Shown piece by piece: positions 1-12,194 of a stretch of 64,000 nucleotides of DNA. Under the pieces are notes generated by a model, which had not been told where the DNA came from, made no database searches, and saw only the letters and a program-made list of their open reading frames with translations. Origin of the DNA: Chiloscyllium plagiosum. Lineage: Eukaryota. Both the position numbers and the translations under genes were made by a program. The stretch covers positions 72,305,961 through 72,369,960 of the forward strand of contig NC_057719.1 of assembly GCF_004010195.1 (NCBI RefSeq), written 5' to 3'. Numbering within the stretch: the first letter of the stretch is position 1; every line of letters starts with the position of its first letter.

Positions 1-284
1 CCGGGGCAGTCAGGTTTGTGGATTTTGGGCAGGAGGTAGAAACGGGCGGTGCAGGGTTGTGGGACTATGAGGTTGGAGGCGGTGGATGGGAGATCCTCTG
101 AGGTGATGAGGTTATGGATGGTCTGGGAGATGATGGTTTGGTGGTGGGAGGTGGGGTCATAGTCAAGGGGGCAGTAGGAGGAGGTGTCCGCGAGCTGGCG
201 TTTAGCCTCAGCCGTGTAAAGGTCGGTGCGCCAAACCACTACCGCGCCTCCCTTGTCTGCCAGTTTGATAGTGAGGTTAGGGTT
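1..284 (-). mobile_element. Penelope-like element reverse transcriptase fragment (runs off the window edge)
   Basis: Stop-free minus frame NPNLTIKLADKGGAVVVWRTDLY...TARFYLLPKIHKPDCP. The ADKGGAVV and FYLLPKIHK motifs are typical of Penelope-like RTs. Confidence 0.88.
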
Positions 285-851
285 CTGCCTTTGTGGTTAT
301 GGTTGTAGTTGATCCTAGTTACAGCCCACCAGTGGGAAAGTCATTGAGAGGTGGATCTATCATCAGCTGTAATTGAGTACGTTCCAGAATGGACTGCAGG
401 ATATCAGACAAGTAAAATCCTGTGTAAATTGGTGTACTTCATTAACTGTTGTTGGTAGTGTTCTTTGAGTCAAGTGTAACGACTCTCTGGTCTCGCACAC
501 TGGAAATCAAGCCTGCTATTCCCAGAGTTCTTGCAAAAGTTAAAGATTTTAAAAATACATAAAATGCCCCACTTTCGTATCTTTTGGACCCAGGTTGAAG
601 AAGGCACAGACCAAGTTTCTGTACTTAATGAAAATTACTATTTATTATAAATAGTTTGACTCTAGATACTGATAATCAATTATGAACTGCATGCATATAA
701 GTCTAATTAATCTCTAATGCCCTTATACATTCCTGCTTACTCTTTTTTTTCTCTCTATCTTGATCTTGACCTCAGGTTGTTTGGTTTCCTAGGAACCAAT
801 AATATTAATGTTGGCATGTAGAAGACCTTTATCACTAGATCACTAGACCAC

Positions 852-917
852 AAATGGAGCTTTGACAGGCAGCAAGTAGCAACAATCTGCTACTTGTTGC
901 CTGTCAAAGCTCCATTT
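852..917. repeat. 30-bp inverted repeat with a 6-nt loop
   Basis: Arms 852-881 and 888-917 are reverse complements apart from one G-T pair. Confidence 0.95.
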
Positions 918-1603
918 TTACACAATCCTACAGCTCCAGTTCATCAGCAATCACTGCTGTAACCCTCAGCAGTGCAAACTAGGTTCACAATGAATATCCC
1001 GTACGATGGGGGGAATCATCTTTGAGGAATTTCTCCAATATATATTCTTTGTTGATATTAATTACTTCAGTTTCCTCATTTTTATTTGGCTTTTGGTTAT
1101 CCTGTATTTCTGACACAAAAAGTGAATCTTCTGCTTTGAAGGTAGACACAAAGTATTTGTTCATCAAACTTTGACGGACATTTACATCTAGTAAGCACAA
1201 AGTTAATGACAGCAAGATTTATGCTGCTTCAAGAAATATGTAGAAGGGCTTTTGTACTTTATCCATCCAAGATAAAGTTGGGGAAAAGCAAATCTGAATT
1301 TTACTTTGCTTCTAAAAATTGTATTTAAGCATTAAGTGCCTAATTCATAAATATGCCATTGTGTCCCTTGCATTACCTTTTTCTTAAAATATGATCAAAA
1401 ATGTCTGTAACTAAAACTTATAACTGAAAAAAAAAATTGATGCTGAAAACTCAAAAGGTGATGGCTGAAAGAATAGCAAAAGATTTCACATTTAAAGACA
1501 TTTTTCTGTAACAAATGAATTAAAAACCACCATTGACCAAACACTATTTTCTTGATTTGGTGACTTTTACTTTAAACTATGAAAACTGACATTCCCATTA
1601 TAT

Positions 1604-1701
1604 TCCATTCCTGATGACGGGTTTTTGCCCGAACCGTCGATTTCCCTGCACCTCGGATGCTGCTTGACCTGCTGTGTTTTTCCAGCACCACTCTAATCTA
1701 G
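1604..1701 (+). mobile_element. Short Penelope-derived insertion (family A) with a mutated hammerhead core
   Basis: ctgatgacgggtttttgcccgaaccgtcga followed by the family A tail; TSD attcccattatat at 1591-1603 and 1702-1714. Confidence 0.8.
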
Positions 1702-2129
1702 ATTCCCATTATATACCTATCTCACATGGCATTCTACAAGAATTGCTGTCATTTTAACAATTAGACCACAGTTATTCCCAGCATCCAATGGGTTACCATT
1801 AACTTATTTGTTGAGTGGTAACTTCAAGCAACCAACTCCAGGTACTTCAGTCACTTTGCTAGTGGTTTCTGAAATCCAGTATCAGCAAGAAAACCTGTTC
1901 CAATGATTCTTCTTCCTCCAGCCATACTATGACACACATCCTTTGAAAATTGCAGAATTGTCCCTTCATCTAGAGACTGTCTGCCTCCAGTAATTGACTG
2001 TGGTAACCTTGAGTTAAACAGCCTTATTTTTCTCATGACTTAGTGGAACTGCTGTTAACTTGTTTGGTAGTGAAAAATGTAACCAGATCCCAAAAATATC
2101 TTCCCCATGCCATTGCTTTTTTAAAAATG

Positions 2130-2252
2130 TAACCTATTTTCCTAATCAACCTGTTCAGAGTAATTATTACACACCTCTGGAACAGGTAGGACTTTAGCCC
2201 AGGCCTCCTGGTCCAGGGATAAGGACACTACTATTGCACTGTGAGAGGCCCC
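2130..2252 (-). mobile_element. Short tRNA-derived SINE fragment
   Basis: The reverse complement has degenerate A-box and B-box-like segments. Confidence 0.45.
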
Positions 2253-3296
2253 TAGTCCCCTTATCATTGTGAAAACTCAGTAGCCTCAATTTCTGTGTAG
2301 AAATGCTCATTGGCTCTGCTTGATCCCATTCCTTTTTAGCTTAGAAATAATTGGACAGATTATAGCATAAATACTTACAACCCAATATTTAACACCTTTC
2401 TGGCACTTTGGGAGTCTATTGATTGCAAACCCAGAGAAAACTGCATTGTCTCCAAGTGTAAATACCTTGTTCTTCCTTCCCAGTTTAAAACAAAATCCAA
2501 AGCTTTCCTTTGAACTTCAATAATCACATCATCCAGAGTTACTGTAAGGCTGACTTGAGAAAAGTCCATGTGATCCCCTTCAATTATTCTAAATTTTACA
2601 GAACCAAAATGTAGTAACCTTATGAAATTGAGCATGTGCTCCGGTACTGAAATGTGGGAAAGGCTTTTCCTGGGCCTCCCTCTTGTTACTTTTGCCACAG
2701 CCATGCAAAAAATAAAAACGTAATAGAATCAAAGAAAAATTACACAATTCCACCAAAAACTAGAATGAAGAAACTGAGAAAGCCCAATCCCTAACTTTAT
2801 AAAATTCTATCTAAATCTAAGAATTTAAGATACTGGACCAGCTATTATATGACCAATGAACTTAAATATAGAATGCAGTCTGCATGAGATAGAACTTTTA
2901 TTTTTATTCTGTAAATAAAGGTAACCTCTATTTGGCAATGTTTAAATTATTTTATACTGAAGTGTTCACAATTGTGCAATCTTTTTATATTTTATACCTT
3001 ATTTTTATTTTAATGATTGTTTATATCAGATATGAAGTAGGTTTGCTTGTTTTCTTTGACCTATCATCACAACTCAACACATGCCAACAAGTTCAATAAA
3101 GCAATTATCTATTTACTTAGATTACTTACAGTGTGAAACAGGCCATTCGGCCCAACAACATTTAACTGCACAACTTAACAAAAGGTTCATCGTTGATGAC
3201 TGTTTAAGAAATTTCCTGAGCTTCACTCTATTTTAGCAGATCGAAATTGCTACCAAAATCCTGATTCTGACTGTGTTTGTGTTTCTTGGTTCACAG

Positions 3297-3370
3297 GGGC
3301 TGGAGGGAGAGGATGATGGTGCTATTAGCATGCTTTCTGATAATACTGCCAAACTTACATCAGCAGTCAG
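3297..3370 (+). CDS. SCFD1: SCFD1 exon (74 nt): GLEGEDDGAISMLSDNTAKLTSAV(S)
   Basis: Acceptor ttcacag| and donor |gtaagc; peptide matches SCFD1. Confidence 0.95.
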
Positions 3371-4896
3371 GTAAGCATCAATGTGAAATGTAAGTGTGCA
3401 TACATACTTTGCCTTTTGAAGCATGTTTTTTTAATTTAACATGCTATTGTAGGTTTTAGTGCCCAGATAGATGAAAAGTATTCAAAGAGTAAGAAGGATA
3501 AATATTTGCCAGAAATGTGGATTGGAAGGGAAATATTTTTTGGTCTCAGTGTTGTTGCATTAAAGTCCAACAGGGAGTCATGACTTTAAACCAGATTGTG
3601 GTACATTGACCTGATGTTTTAGATTTATTGCATGACTAGCTGAAGTTCAGCCCTATTGTTTGCCATGTATTACAATCTCTGGACTGACTGATCCTCCTTA
3701 AAATGATATTCGAACTTCTAGTTGCAAGCTGAAAGAATGACATTTCACATTTTGGAGATGTTTCCTGTGACAAATATAATACTCTTAACTAATTATTTTG
3801 GCAACTTCTAAACTGCAGAAAGGAACATTTTGCTTTGATGCTAGTAACAAATTGCCATCTTTACATATACATTCCACACATGCCCCCAGCTTTTGTTGAG
3901 TATTCTATTCTTTTTGTTTCACCAAGTCGTAACTTTAATGACTGTCTCTAGATAATTTAAGCAATTTTTGAAAGGTTTCTTAAATCTGCCACCAGCAGTG
4001 TAACCGTTTGATGGCTGTTCCTCCTCTGGACACATCAGGATGAATTTTCCAGAATCCTCAGGATATATCTCTGACTGGTGATTGGTCTTCCTCTCACATC
4101 TGACCATGCCGAGCAGTTTCTTTTTGCCCATGGCCACAGCAATGTCTTTGTTATTCATTTATTTGGCACGAACTCTGCAACCTGATCTCAAAGATGGCTG
4201 CTTCTGTCTTCTTGCCCAAAGCAATGTGAAACACATTTTGATGTATCTAGGTAGAAATGCTAATTAGCCATCCTTGATCCTAACTCCCTTTCATCTTGTA
4301 AGTAAATCGGTAGTTTATAGCATAGCTGTTTATAACCCAGTACCTTCAACACTTCTCTAGGGCTTTGCAAAACTCAGTCTACCTACTGTAAGCTCAGGAC
4401 TGCTATCCTGGTCATCATGTAATAATATTTTGTAACCTCTTCCTAGTAAATAAACCTTTGTTTGATTTGTAACAATCAACCCACCCACATTTACTGTCAA
4501 AAGACTCCTTTAAAATAGGCCATATGAATTCCTTCAGTTACCTTAAGTTTGCAGATAAAATTGCAAAGCATAATCTTATTCTGAATTCTGACGAATGAAT
4601 CATAATACTTAGACTCACTCCCTCAGACATGTTAGGATGACACCCAAGTCACAAATCTTGCTTAATAAAATGCACCTTCTTCAAAAGTAATAAAAATTAT
4701 TGTTACTTTTCCATAAAACAGTAAAGCACCTCTAAACATAATGTTCTTCTGACACCTCCCGCCACATGCTTATTTTTCTCTTTAACATTTCACCTCTTTA
4801 GTGGTAAAGTTCTGAAGTTGAAAAATTAATTCTATTTCTGACAGAAATGAATAGACTGGAGTTTAGTGCTGTAAAGTAGCAATTGAAAAACAATGA

Positions 4897-5435
4897 TTTG
4901 GAGATGCCGGTGTTGGACTGGGGTGTACAAAGTTAAAAATCACCCAGCACCAGGTTATAGTCCAATAGGTTTAATTGGAAGCACTAGCTTTTTGAGCACT
5001 GCTCCTTCATCAGGTGGTTGTGGAGTACACGATTGTAAGACACAGAATTTGTAGCAAAAGCTTACAGTGTGATGTATCTGAAATTATACATTGAAAAATA
5101 CCTTGATTGTTTGTTAAGTCTCTCATCTGTTAGAATGACCGTGTTAGTTTCACTTCTCTCATATGTAAATCATAAAAATTTAAAAAGAGTTTTATGATTT
5201 ACATATGAAAGAAGTGAAACTAACATCGTCATTCTAACAGATGAAAGACTTAACAAACAATCAAGATATTTTCAGTGTATAATTTCAGTTACATCACACT
5301 GTAAACTTTTGCTATAAATTCTGTGTCTTCCACTTGTGTACTCCACAACCACCTGATGAAGGAGCAGCACTCCGAAAGCTAGTGCTTCCAATTAAACCTG
5401 TTGGACTGTAATCTAGTATTGTGTGATTTTTAACT
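4897..5435. mobile_element. Foldback Penelope-like insertion (family B) with ~250-bp inverted arms
   Basis: Arms ~4929-5178 and ~5190-5438; TSD ttgaaaaacaatga at 4883-4896 and 5436-5449. Confidence 0.88.
5350..5384 (+). ncRNA. Minimal type I hammerhead ribozyme motif (family B)
   Basis: CAC-CUGAUGA-A-GGAG(CAGCA)CUCC-GAAA-G-CUA-GUG; stem I CAC/GUG; palindromic AGCU stem III. Confidence 0.78.
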
Positions 5436-5449
5436 TTGAAAAACAATGA

Positions 5450-6665
5450 CCTGCTCACTGATGCTAAGTTGAGTTCCATCAGGGCCACTTAGCTCCTGAT
5501 ATCATTACAATCCAAATGTGAACAATAGAGCTAAACTGTTGTGCGATGAGTATGATTAACCTTGACATTAAGGTGATTTTGACCACACACGACTCTCATC
5601 TGGTTGGAGTCATACCCAGCAGAAAGGAAGATGATTGTGCCATTTGGATTATAGGGCATCATTGTCTGAGTTCCTCTGGGTTGAGCCCTAGGCATAACTG
5701 TCTTTGGCTGCTTCGTCAATGATCTTCGTTCCGTCATAAGGTCAGAAATGGGAATGTTCGTCAACATTCACAACTCCTCAGATTGTTTCCAATTTCAGCA
5801 AGACCTTGATAAAGGCACGGTTTGTGCTGATAATGCCAAAAAACATCTGTACTACATAAGTGCCAGGCAATGACTACCTTTAAAGAGCGAAAATATAAAC
5901 ATTGCCCATTAACATTCAATAACATTGTTACCCTTCCTGAATCCTCCACCAACAGTATGGGGGTCAGGGGGAGGGGCGGGGGATGGTGCTTGTTGACCAG
6001 ACACTGAACTGAACCAGCCGTTTAATCATTGTGGCAATGAGCGCAGATCAGAGGCTGGGAATTCTGTAGAGAATTCCCTCCTGTCTCTCTAGTTGAGGAG
6101 TGCAATGCAGTACTCTCCACTTGCCTAGATGGGTGCAGCTCCAACAGCACTCAAAATGCTTGACACTATCGCAAGCAAAGCAGTCTGCTTGATTGGCATG
6201 ATGTTCACAACCTTCAACTTTGACTCCTTTCATAGCTGATTCACAGTGATAGATGCAAAAGAATTTTGACAGAGAATTAAAGGCTGAAAAGAATTGCAAC
6301 ATTTCAATAGAGTGGCAGAAGTCCAAATATTGAAGAATCACACTAACCTCATCAATGCTTCACCTGACTACAGTAGCTTATCAAGGTTCCTTTGAAAGCA
6401 TCTTCAAAACTTGTGGCCTCTACCAACTGCACAAACAAAGGTGATAGCACCACTGTAGGCCACACATCATCCTGATTTGGAACTGTGTTACCATTGCTGC
6501 ACTATCGCTGAGTCAAAATCCTGGAACTTCCTTCCTAACAGTATTTGGGATTTCACTACACATCAAGTGTGCCACTGTTCCAGAGGCAGCTCACTACCTG
6601 CTTCTCTAGGGCAATTAGGAATGGGCAATCATGCTGACCCAACTAGTGACGCCAAATACCATCAA
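5450..6665 (+). mobile_element. Degenerate 3' part of a CR1/L2-like LINE, related to 12195-15235
   Basis: Shares RT-region sequence and the gggcaattaggaatgggcaa 3' tail with the long LINE. Confidence 0.65.
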
Positions 6666-6918
6666 AATTCTCTCTTTGAAGCATTACTTAAGGGCAAAGG
6701 TAGACCATACAGCACCTCATGTATTTTCTGTCTTTCAGTACGATCATGGCTGATAATTGGCTTCAATTCTATTTTCCTAGCTGCTCACCATATCCTTTGA
6801 TCCCCTCAGAAACAAAACAAAAATCTGTTTGTGCCTTAGATGGTGCATTATGCATTATATTCTATGTAGAAAATTCCAAATATTCAGTTCTTTGAATGAA
6901 GGAGTTTTAAATGATCAA

Positions 6919-7141
6919 GATTTGGAGATGCTGGTGTTGGACTGGGGTGTACAAAGTTAAAATCACACAACACCAGGTTACAGTCCAACAGGTTTAATTG
7001 GAAGCACACTACCTTTTGGAGCGTTGCTCCTTCACCAGGTGATAGCGTCACTATCACCTGATGAAGGAGCAACGCTCCGAAAGCTAGTGTGCTTCCAATT
7101 AAACCTGTTGGACTGTAACCTGGTGTTGTGTGATTTTTAAC
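6919..7141. mobile_element. Foldback Penelope-like insertion (family B), short arms
   Basis: Inverted about ~7047; TSD ttaaatgatcaa at 6907-6918 and 7142-7153. Confidence 0.88.
7055..7089 (+). ncRNA. Minimal hammerhead ribozyme motif (family B), intact core
   Basis: CAC-CUGAUGA-A-GGAGC(AAC)GCUCC-GAAA-G-CUA-GUG. Confidence 0.8.
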
Positions 7142-9162
7142 TTAAATGATCAACTCTTTGTTCTAAGGCTAGACAACTAGGTGAAACAACATTGCAGAGT
7201 CTGCCTTATCAAAATACTCCATAATCATTGATTGCTATAGCACAGGAGGAGGCCTCCAGGCCCATCAAGTCTGTGCTAAATCAGCAATGAGAATGAACAA
7301 GATCAGTAGGAATCAACCCTTCACTGGGGCTGCACAATGGATTTCTATACCTTCACTATTCAGGCACAAATGAAGGCCCTAAATATTAGGCAAGTATCAA
7401 CCTAAAAATTAGACAGTGGAAAAAACTTGATTGTTTTTCTTGCAAATTAGTGCCACAGGTCTAGTTATCTCTCTATCAAGGTCAATAGGAACTTTAATGG
7501 TCAGCACTCCATAATATAAATCTCATGTTTCTCGTGAAGGATTTGAATCTAAACTCAGCAGCTAGTGGTGAAACCCACTGAGCCACACATGGAACTGGCT
7601 GTAAACTTCCATAATTCAACCAGATCACTTTTCATTCTTCTAAATATCAGGCAATATTTTCCTATTTGAATCAGCCTCTTGTTTTAGGACAGTCCTTTCA
7701 TCCCACATACAGTTTAATGAAACTTTACTGAACTGTTCTTCTTCCTTAAATATGGAGATCAAAACTGCATTGTATTCCAGGTGTGATGCCTCTCTGCTTT
7801 ATACAATTATAGCAAGGCTTCCTTATTCTGTGCTCAAAATATCTTACAATAAAGGCTAACATGGCATCTTGTTTCTTAATTGTTTCCTGTACCAGCATGC
7901 TAACTTTTTTCTTGTCTGCGTGCATCCAAATCATTGACATCAACTTTCACCGGTTTCACCCTTTTTGTTACTGTGTCTTTACAACCAAAGTGGATTACTT
8001 CACACATCCCCACATTGTACTCCATCTAAAACCTGTTATCCAGTCACTTAAAATGGCTATAAAGAGATTTATTCAAGTAACGTTGTCTTCACAGTATACA
8101 TTCACACCGAACTTTATATTGTCAGGCAACTTAGATTTGATGCTGTTTCTTTCTCAAAATCATAGGTAAGTTTGTGGCTAGTTGGTCCTAGCAATGATTT
8201 TTGTAACACTACACCTGTCATCTTAACAATACCCATTTTACTCTTTGCTTCCTTTTGTTAACCAGTGCTGTAGTTGTGCTAATATTTTACCTGAACTCCA
8301 TGGGTTTGGTGTGACATTTTGATTTATAACTCTCCTGTGAAGCACCATAGATGTTGTATTATGTTAGTTGCTATATATTTACCTGTTACAGAGGTGATCT
8401 TTTCATTATTAATATTACTTCGAAGACACAAAACAGTGGAAGAATTACTTAAGTTGGTATTTCTGAATTACCTCAGTTGATTGGAGAACTTTAGTTGGTT
8501 CCTCAGATTCATCTATTCAAGCACACAATTTAATGGATAAATCCCTCCACTCTTTGAAAATGAGATTTTTTAATAGCTACTATTTATGTTGTAAATATTT
8601 CATCTTCGTTAATTATAATGATAGTTATATATTTTTTCAACATTTCATTTGTTGTCCTCTTGCCAGTCAGAAAACATTATATACATTATTGTTGTTTCCG
8701 TAAGAGATTTGTTCTGCATTCCTCAGTCCCATTACCTTTGTCAAACGTTTACTAGAATTTATAAGTCACTGCACTGCAGAAGCTAAATCGCTGGACTTGG
8801 AGACAGTTCTGAGACAAGAAAAGGCATTATATGACTAAAAGGCTTTTGAAAATTCATTTCTTTTTCTCTCTGTCTCACTCTATTTTCTTCAACATCCTAT
8901 GTCAACGCCTTACATGCTTTTGTAAAATAAATAAATATTTTGATGGACAACTGATAGAGGCATGATAACCATTATTTCTACATAACCAAATAGGTTGTGT
9001 ACAGCAATCCAGTCTCTTGTTGTTTTGTTTGTATTATTTTAATTAAAAACAAATGCATCTTGTTTAAATGATGTAAATTGTATAATGCCTCCTTTCAGAA
9101 ATTAGGTAAATTAAAATTCCATCAAGAAGATCTTCAAATTAGTGCACCCACAAATGCAATAT

Positions 9163-9338
9163 TAGAGGAACCTCTAATACCTAGCATTAGATTATCCGAA
9201 TTTCCGATTATCTGGCAAGATAGCAAGGTCCCGATGCTTGGCTACACTATGTTATCCAGCATTTGATTATCTGGCATTCGATTAACCAAACGGAATACTT
9301 CCCGCCCGTGTCCTTCAGATAATCAAAGTTCCTCTGTA
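9163..9338. mobile_element. Tigger/pogo-like (Tc1-mariner) MITE
   Basis: Imperfect terminal inverted repeats (agaggaacctc / aaagttcctctg), internal gattatc repeats, and TA at the right end. Confidence 0.6.
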
Positions 9339-9440
9339 TATATGAATTTCTGTAAAGCTTGTTAAATCTTTTTTAGAAGATTTGCTTTTTTTCAGAAAGT
9401 ACAATATGCTCTGTCAGTGTAATATCTGTCTCTCTTGAAG

Positions 9441-9522
9441 CTCTCTCCCTGAACTGCTACAGAAGAAAAGACTCATTGATCTTCATACAAATGTGGCAAC
9501 AGCTGTTTTAGAGCACATTAAG
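9441..9522 (+). CDS. SCFD1: SCFD1 exon (82 nt): SLPELLQKKRLIDLHTNVATAVLEHIK
   Basis: Acceptor tctcttgaag| and donor |gtaaaa; contains the Sec1-family LPEL...HTN motif. Confidence 0.96.
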
Positions 9523-12194
9523 GTAAAATATTTATTGCATTTACATTTTCTCTAATTTTGACATCTAATCTGTTTGTATGAAGTAACTGCATTTTTTTTT
9601 CTGCCCCTGCTTGAAATGTTAGGTCAGTCAACAGTTTGTAAAATCAGAATGGTCACCATCTCGGGACCTCCCACTGAGGTGAACAGGAAATTTCCTGTAA
9701 CTGTTTTGCTATAAAACTTGATTGAATAATTAAATCCTTTTAATAGATATGCAGTGATCTGTACTGTATGAAATTCTGAATCTCAAAAAGACGTAGACTA
9801 TGTTCCATGTTAAAGAGAACTGGGTGTACATTTTTCTGGAGAATGAACCAGAATGAATTAAAACACTGTCATATTACCAATGTCCTGGTTCTGTCAGCAG
9901 TTCAGATTTTTAAAATGGGAATCTTCATCCATTAAAGTTCAATCTGCTAAAGCTTACTTTAATAGATGACAGTTTTGTTTGCACTTCATGGAGATATAGA
10001 ATTCCTGAATGATTAATATAACATAATACTGTATGCCGTTTCCTTATTATCCTCCCTTGTCTCCTGAGCAACCTACACAATCTTCAATCTAAGCCAGTGA
10101 AGTTTTTGTTGCTGCTGCCATGATTATCTGTAATCTACATTTTCTTCCCTGTCCTCTGATTTAATGAGATTTGTCAATCCATATGTCATTCTAAAAGCTA
10201 TGCCTAACATCAACAAATCTCACCAACTGATATGACCAAGCATTGTCATTTTCAGATGAAAATAGAGGATAATTCCTGTGAAGTGATTAATGCAACTGTA
10301 GTCTTTGGAGTGCAGACAGTCCCCAGGCATTGTCTTGGATCATTTATTGATCATTGTATCAAAAGGAAACCAGAAATAAATCATGTTCTTGGGATCTTGA
10401 CAGTTAATTTGACATAAAGGATTTGGAAATATTTTTGGAAATCTGGGAATGTCTTCCAGTTGTATGGCAAATGAAACTGGCCCATTTTTCTGAAGATATT
10501 GAGAACAACAACTAGTACCTATATAGTGCCACTCAAGCAGTAACATTTTCCAAGGCATTTCCCAGGAGCGTTATCAAACAAATTTTGATTCTGAACACGA
10601 TGAGACAATATTGAAGCAGATTGCTAAAAGTTAGGTTAAAAACAGGGCTTGAAGAATATTTTAAACAAGGAAAGAAAGTGTACGGAGACGGAAGTTTAAT
10701 AATGATTAAGTTTAAATAAACCCAGAGTTTATTGCTTTGTCAGCTAAAGGAATGGCTGTCAGTGGGGGAGTGCTTAAAATCAGAGATGTTTAAGAAGCCA
10801 AACTGGAGGTATACCAATAACTCTGACTATTGTAGGGCTGGAGGAAATTGCAGAGGTAGGAACCAAGCAACACCTTGAAGGGGATTGCAATCAAGACTAA
10901 AAAGTTTGTATTTGTTGCTTAATTGGGAGCCATTGTATGTCAGTTGCTTAGAGGTGATTGGTGAAATAAAGCCAAATGAAAATTAAGTACAGGTAGTACA
11001 AATGTGGATGACCTCAAATTTATGAAAAATGGAACATGGGAGCTAGCCAAAAGTGAATAATCTACTGGTAACAATGACATGAATGAGAACTTCAGCAGAA
11101 GTGCTGAGGCAGGGAACAGTTGGGTGATGTTACAGAAATAAAATTAGGCATTCTTAATGATGGTGCCATTATTTTTTCCTTAGAAGACCCTGTTTTGCAG
11201 CTGTTAATGATTTGTGCAAAGAAATAGAAATTGGTCAGTGAGTGATTTCTTACTCTGTTGAAGTGTTTTCTCCTTGTATATGCAAGGAAAGAAATCGGCA
11301 CGCCAGGATTTTTTTTAATATATATGCTAGTCAATAGTCCCTTCCTAATAGAGTAAAAATAAGGTAAGGATAAAGAAAGATGTTAATTTTGTTTGTCTGG
11401 GGTAAATGAACTTTAGGCAGGAGGAGAAAATTACAACAAATAACTGAATTCTATAATCAAATTAGGGATAAAACCAAACTTCTAAATTTTTCTAGTGATT
11501 TCCCCATAACTCATTGGTGTGATATTAAATCATGTAGATGAGATTGCACAATCACATCCTTAATTTGTGCATGTTTAACTGATCTCAGCCAAGGCAATGA
11601 GATAAACTTGCCAAACACATATCTGTATATGACCAAGAATGCCCCTTTCCACCTTTGTATCATTGCCCATCTCTACCCCTGCCTCAACCTCTGATGCTGC
11701 AAATCTCATCCACATTACCTCTAGATTTAACTATTTTTGGGATAATCACAAAAGTCATAGATTTTTAAAAAATGTATCACATAATTCCTCAGTTACCTGA
11801 CTTTTGGATCCAATTTGATAGAATGCATGACCCAGGTCTCTGTATTGAACGTGAACTTATTATCTATTAGAAATAAACATACTATAGTTGCAGGTAAACA
11901 ATTGTGAACCTTTAACTCTGCTAGTTAAAACTCTATCCCCTTTATATGCTCTCCCTCTATACAGACGCACACACAACACTTCCCCCCCCCCAACCCCCCG
12001 AAAATGTGGAGGAGGGGAAGACTTGGAAAGCAGGTCAGTTGTCCCTGCTCACAGAGTTTCTGACATGACTTTTCTGTTGATCAGAACACTGCTTCTCTGG
12101 ATGCTTTCAGTTGTTTGCAGGAGGCGCAGGGTAACTGGTTCACACTTGCATTAGGTCTCTGATTTACTAATTTGCAGTCACTACTTACAACAAC

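Noticed and set aside
4897..7141. Recurring repeats as a CRISPR-like array
   Set aside because: They are dispersed, inverted and TSD-flanked retroelement pieces with no repeat-spacer periodicity, and the context is eukaryotic.
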